This document shows, piece after piece, positions 45,600-50,667 of a stretch of DNA of 50,667 bases. Origin of the DNA: Scyliorhinus canicula. Taxonomy: Eukaryota. The stretch spans positions 87,398,236 through 87,448,902 of the forward strand of contig NC_052161.1 in NCBI RefSeq assembly GCF_902713615.1, given 5' to 3'. Numbering within the stretch: position 1 is the stretch's first letter; each line of letters starts with the position of its first letter. A model generated the notes under the pieces. It searched no databases and was not told where the DNA came from. It saw only the letters and a program-made list of their open reading frames with translations. The position numbers were made by a program, and so were the translations under genes.

Positions 45600-47680
45600 T
45601 TGTTCAGAAAAAAGAAATCAATCCGGGAGAACACGTTATGCACGTATGAGTAGAAAGAGAACTTCACCCTTGGCTGCCCAAATCTCCATGGGTCTACCGC
45701 CACCCCCCCCCCCCCCCCCACACCTCCATCTGCTCCATGAACCCTTTTAGCTTTTTAGCTCCTTGACCGGTCTAGCCCTGGGTCAATGACTGCGTTGAAG
45801 ACCTCTCCCGTGACCAGCTTATGCAAATCCAGGTCCAGGATCTTTCCCAGCATCCTCTTTATAAACTTCACATATACATTTACTAATACCACCTGTACCC
45901 CCTGTCTGACCCATCCCTTCCTTAATCTAACCTGGTCCGCTACTCTAAGGTGTGTCTCCTGCAGCATTACCACGTCCACCTTCAGTCCCCTCAAATGTGC
46001 GAACATGTGTGCCCTCTTGACCGGCCCATTTAGCCCTTGAACATTCCAGGTGATCAGTCTAGTTGTGGGGGGGCTCATGCCCCCCCCTCCCCCCCTTCGC
46101 CGTTCAGCCATCCCCTCTCTTGGGCCAGTCGCCAGTCCGCGCCCCACGCCTCCACCGGCCCGCCCCCAGGCTGCCTCCGCCCCGACCTCCTCTCTGTCCC
46201 TCAGCAAAAGTTCCTCCCTCGTCAGCAGAACATTTCCCTTCCCTCCCCCCCACCCCAGTAACAGCACAATGTAAATCAACCCCTTTGATAAGCCTAACAT
46301 CTGCTCACCCCCCACTATGCTTCCGTGAGCTAGCCCGCCCAGCTAGCTTAGTGGCCCTCACCCCTGGCGCCAGACATTCTCCCACCTATTGTTCCCTCCC
46401 CCATCCTTCCCCCCACTCATTGATCCATATTCAAATGAAAAACAATCCCAACACAATTGCCCGACAGAGAAAAAAAACCCCAGTTAAACAAAGAAAAGAT
46501 CAAGCAAAGGATCCAGCATCTAGACAAACACACCTCCATCCCCCAACAGTGTAAATGGAAACTTTAACTCACTCAGCTCTGCAACTGGCCCCAGATCAAT
46601 TCTGAAGACATGACAAATAACGTCCGCAAAACAAGAAACTTTTTAAAAAATCATAAACGTTGCCGCAGAGTTCAAAGTTCTCAGTCCGACACCAGACCTT
46701 TCCTTTTTGCGAAGTCCAGCGCTTCCTCAGGCGACTCGAAACAGAAATGTTGTTCCTCGTGCGTGACCCAGAGGCGGGCTGGATACAACAGCCCGAGCTT
46801 CACCTTTTTCTTGAAAAGGGTCGACCTGATCTGGTTAAACCCCGCTCTTCTCCTGGCCACCTCCGCACTCAGGTCCTGATAGATCCGCAGGATACTGTTG
46901 TCCCATTTACAGCTCTGTGTCTGTTTGGCCCACTGTAGAATGCGCTCCTTATCCAAGTACCTGTGGAATCTCACCATCATTGCCCTTGGGGGTCCCCTAC
47001 TCGCGGCTTCTTCGCGAGCGCTCTGTGAGCCCTGTCCACCTCCAAGGATCGGGTGAATGCCCCATCGCCCAGCAGCTTCTCAAACATGGCCGCTATGTAT
47101 GCCCCAGCGTCCGCTCGTCCCGGGAGCCCAACGATTCTCAAGCTCTGCCGGCGAGACCTATTCTCTAGGTCCTCCACCTTCTCCAGGAGCTTCTTCTGCT
47201 GGTCTCTCAGCAGCCCCACCTCCAACCCCACTGCAGTTTGATGTTCCTCCTGGTCAGCCAGCGCCTTCTCTACTTTCTGGATCGCCCGATCTTGAGCATC
47301 CAATCTAAGCTCCAGCCGTGCAATTGCCTCTTTAATTGGGTCCAAGCAGTCCTGCTTCTGCTTGGCGAAGCCCTCCTGAATGTACTGCATCACCTGGTCC
47401 GTTGACCACTGGGTCGACAAGCCAGGGGTCCGGTCCTCAGCCATGCTTACTCCAGGTGCAGCTTCAGCCCAAGACTTCTCTGTCCATCTGTTTCTGCCTT
47501 TGTGAGCATTTCTAGTCCTTCTCTCCATGCACCGATGTGGGGATCCAGTTCACAATTGCCTCTGTCATCGATTTTTCAATTCATGTCTGGCAAAAATCGG
47601 GGGGAAAGGTCCAAAAGTCCAGCCCAAGCGGGAGCCACCAAAAGTGCGACTTACTCCTTCATAGCCGCCACAGAAGTCCC
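45600..47680 (-). mobile_element. L1 element: 5'UTR, frameshifted ORF1 and deleted ORF2 endonuclease, 3'-truncated
   Basis: ORF1 LEDLENRSRRQSLRIVGLP, DRAHRAL, VRFHRY, RIYQDL, LYPARL; ORF2 LITWNVQGLNGPVKR..MLQETHL..SRIDFF with internal deletions. Confidence 0.88.
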
Positions 47681-47689
47681 CTCCTTTTT

Positions 47690-48262
47690 CTTTTTGATGA
47701 GGTTCCCAATATTCCTCGTTATCCAAGGCTCCCTAAACTTCCCATACTTATCCGTCGTTCTCTCAGGAATGTGACTTTCTTGAATCCTAATCAATTGTCA
47801 CTTGAAAGACTCCCACATGTCCGATGATGATTTACCCTCCAACAGCCGTACCCAATCCAAATTCTTCAATCCCTCTCCAATGTTATTGTAATTTGCCTTT
47901 CCCCAGTTTAGCACCTTAATGTGAGGGTTACCCTCATCCCGATCCAAAACTACCCTGAAACTTACAGAATTGTGGTCACTACTCCCAAAATGTTCCCCTT
48001 CTGAAACCCCAACCACCTGTCCAGGCTCATTCCCCAATACCAGATCCAGTGCTGCCCCTTCCCTAGTTGGACTATCTACATCTTGCATCAAGAAGCCTTC
48101 CTGGATGCTCCTTACAAACTCTGCCCCATCCAAGCTCCCAGCACTAAGTGAATCCCAGTCAATACAGGGGAAATTAAAATCACCCACTACAACAACCCTG
48201 TTACTTTTGCACCAATCCAAAATGTCTCTATCTGCTCCTCTATCTCTCACTGGCAGCTGGGG
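47690..48262 (-). mobile_element. CR1 ORF2 endonuclease fragment
   Basis: VVVGDFNFPCIDW..SPTREGAALDLVL..GSSDHNSVSF. Confidence 0.88.
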
Positions 48263-48289
48263 GGCCTGTAATAAACTCCTCCTTAATTT

Positions 48290-48408
48290 AATAAAAGAAA
48301 ATTACTTTTTTTTAAAATTTAGAATACCCAATTATTTTTTTCTAATTAAGGGGCAATTTACTGTGACGAATCCACCTGCCCTGCACATCTTTTGGGTTGT
48401 GGGGGTGA
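48290..48408 (-). mobile_element. V-SINE 3' fragment
   Basis: AATTAAGGGGCAATTTA..TCCACCTGCCCTGCACATCTTT, the same tail type as 29502-29702. Confidence 0.7.
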
Positions 48409-48409
48409 A

Positions 48410-49302
48410 AATAAAATTACTGCGGATGCTGGAATCTGAAACCAAAGAGCAAATGTAAAATCTCAGCAGGTCTGGCAGCATCTGTGGGGAGAGAAAAGAG
48501 CTAACATTTCACTGGTCACTGAAAGGGGCAACACAGTTGGAGAAGGTAGTCAAGAAGGCATACAGCATGCTTGCCTTCATTGGCCGGGTCATGGAGTATA
48601 AAAATTGGCAAGTCATGTTGCAGCTGTATAGAACCTTAGTTAGGCCACACTTGGAGTATAGTGTTTAATTCTGGTCGCCACACTACCAGAAGGATGTGGA
48701 GGCTTTAGAGAGGGTGCAGAAGAGATTTACCAGGATGTTGCCTGGTGTGGAGGGCAATAGCTATGAGGAGAGGTTGAATAAACTCGGTTTGTTCTCACTG
48801 GAACGACAGACATTGAGGGGCGTCCTGATAGAGGTCTACAAAATTATGAGGGCATAGACAGAGTGGATAGTCAGAGGCTTTTTCCCAGGGTAGAGGGGTC
48901 AATTACTGGGGGCCATAGGTTTAAGGTGCGAGGGCAAGGTTTAGAAATGTACGAGGTAAGTCTTTTACACAGAGGGTAGTGGGTGCCTGGAGCTCGCTGC
49001 CGGAGGAGGTGGTGGAAGCAGGGACGATAGTGACGTTTAAGGGATATCTTGACAAATACATAAATAGGATGGGAATAGAGGGATATGGACCCCGGAATTG
49101 TAGAAGATTTTAGTTTAGACGGGCAGCATGGTAAGCACAGGCTTGGAGGGCCGAAGGGCCTGTTCCTGTGCTGTACTTTTTTTCTTTCTTTGTTCTTTGT
49201 ATTTCAAAGCGACAAAGGGTCATCTGAACACGAACCGTTAGCTCTTTTCTCTCCCGACAGATGCTGCCAGACATGCTGAGATTTTCCAGCATTCTCTCTT
49301 TG
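48410..49302. mobile_element. Inverted pair of Penelope-like terminal repeats (48410-48510 and 49205-49302) flanking a CR1 piece
   Basis: AAAATCTCAGCAGGTCTGGCAGCATCTGTGGGGAGAGAAAAGAGCTAAC, with its near-perfect reverse complement at 49237-49285. Confidence 0.55.
48515..49185 (+). mobile_element. CR1 LINE 3' fragment
   Basis: VVKKAYSMLAFI..LYRTLVRPHLEY..ALERVQKRFTRMLPG..YEERLNKLGLFSLE; 3'UTR GGGCCGAAGGGCCTGTTCCTGTGCTGTA. Confidence 0.9.
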
Positions 49303-49309
49303 GTCCTCC

Positions 49310-49500
49310 TTGAATTTACTCACTGTCAGAGCATCCGGCGCTCTCTGGGGTAGTGAATTCCACATATTCACGTTCCTTTGGGAGAAATATTTTCTCCTCA
49401 TCTGTTTTAAATTTGCTACCTCACATCCTAAAACTGTGGCCTCTTGTTCTAGAATGCCCCACAAGAGAAAGCATCCGCCCTATGTTTATTTTATCCAGTT
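49310..49500 (-). mobile_element. CR1 3' fragment
   Basis: SRTRGHSFRM..RKYFSQRNVNMWNSLP on the minus strand. Confidence 0.75.
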
Positions 49501-49514
49501 TTTTTATCATCATA

Positions 49515-50008
49515 TATGGGCGACATGATGGCACACTGGTTATCACTGCTGCCTCACAGCGCCAGGGACCTGGGTTCAATTCTGACCTCAGGTGACTCTC
49601 TGCGTGGAGTTTGTGCGTTCTCTCCATGTCTGCCTGGGTTTCCTCTGGGTGCTCCGGATTCCTCCCACGTTCAAAAGATGTGCAGGTTAGGTGGATTGTC
49701 CCTCAGTGTCCAAAAGGTTAGATGGGGTTACTGGGCTACGAGAATGGGGTGGGGACGTGGGCCTAGATAGGGTGCTGTTTCCAAATGGCCTGCTTCTGCA
49801 CTGTAGGGATTCTAATAACCTCAATAATAATAATAATGATAGATTCAGGATTGAGGACGGCAAGGTGGCGGGAGGACCTGGGGGGTTTGATCCTGACCCA
49901 GGGTCACTGTCCATGTGGAGTTCTCCCCGTATCTGTGTAGGTCTCACCCCACAATGCCAAGCTGTGCAGGGCAGGTAGATTGGCCATGCTAAATTACCCC
50001 TTAATTTA
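49515..50008 (+). mobile_element. Two V-SINE copies (49515-49815 and truncated 49850-50008)
   Basis: tRNA-like heads, V-domain GGGTTTCCTCTGGGTGCTCCGG and GATTGGCCATGCTAAATT. Confidence 0.75.
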
Positions 50009-50024
50009 AAGAGAGGATGAAGGG

Positions 50025-50620
50025 GGCGGGGTTCAAAAAGATGGGGCGGGGCCAGGCGGAGGGGGCGGGGTCCGGCGGAGGGGCGGGGCCAGGTGGATGG
50101 GGCGGGGTTAGGAGGAGGGGGCGGGGCCCGTGACGATTGAAACGCGATGACATCCCTCCTGTTGACGAAAGGCCGTTAACGGTACAACCGATGATTAAAA
50201 ACCGAATCCAAAATCATCCCATTCTGTTCAGACGGGGCTGCAACTGACAGAAAAAGCCACCGGCGCTAAAATTGTTTAAGAAAAAGAGGCTCCAGATTAA
50301 TTAATTAGTGGACAGAGGGGCGGGGCCGGCGAGCATGACGTCAGACGCAGAAGTGGAGGCTGGCCGACGGCTAGAGGGGAGGGGCTTTATTTCAGTTTAA
50401 ATGAAATGCCAGAATTTCGCTGAAATTGTCTTCCGGGCGAGGAATCAGCAGCAGCGACGGGATCCTCGGGGCCAGACGATGCCGGTATCTTTTAACCATT
50501 AAAAAAAAATCCCTGTCCGCAACACGTAAACGACGTATTGACGTCACAGCGGCGGCCATTTTGCCCAATCAGAGCCACTTCCGGTCGGTCTCCAGGCGGA
50601 CTTCCGGTGGCGAGAAAACA
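50025..50620. promoter_or_regulatory. TATA-less housekeeping-type CpG promoter of a neighbouring gene
   Basis: At least 6 GGGGCGGGG boxes (50025-50127, 50317); palindromic CRE TGACGTCA at 50336 and 50539; YY1-like GCGGCCATTTT at 50552; CCAAT at 50565; ETS ACTTCCGG at 50577 and 50600; CpG-rich unique sequence. Confidence 0.8.
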
Positions 50621-50667
50621 AGAAAAAAATCCCAAAACAGAAAATGTGAGAAAAAGCCGAAAAATCC

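Noticed and set aside
46681-47528. Domesticated L1 ORF1 (L1TD1-like) gene
   Set aside because: It is frameshifted near 46980 and flanked by its own L1 5'UTR and a decayed ORF2, so it is an ordinary dead copy.
28131-50024. Exons of expected neighbours such as VAMP1 or CD27
   Set aside because: No SNARE or TNFR-type peptide was recognised in the ORF track or in the unique stretches I read; very small exons could have been missed.

Overview
Eukaryotic, repeat-saturated genomic DNA, most likely from a cartilaginous fish (shark-type V-SINE/HE1, CR1, Rex1 and L1 repeats; species is an inference). It holds one clear protein-coding gene: a + strand, 7-coding-exon tapasin-related gene (TAPBPL/TAPBPR, about 450 aa, CDS 207..18248) with signal peptide, N-domain, IgV, IgC, TM and short tail; all coding-region introns are GT-AG and phase 1. 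Introns 1-5 are each filled almost edge to edge by a different minisatellite (69, 33, 46, ~50 and ~67 bp units). In introns 1, 2 and 4 the terminal repeat unit overlaps the splice signals. Intron 4 also carries a decayed 4.2-kb Ty3/Gypsy LTR element and a SINE. Downstream lie a ~9.5-kb 36-bp array with higher-order duplications, nested and fragmented LINEs (Rex1/Babar, CR1, L1), V-SINEs, GC-rich AT-flanked MITEs, a solo LTR, Penelope-like terminal-repeat remnants, two more minisatellites, and a housekeeping-type CpG promoter at the right edge. Most ORFs in the supplied track are translations of tandem repeats or decayed transposons. No prokaryotic-type system (CRISPR etc.) is present. Comparisons with human TAPBPR and tapasin are from remembered sequences and need checking by alignment; copy numbers and divergences are hand estimates.
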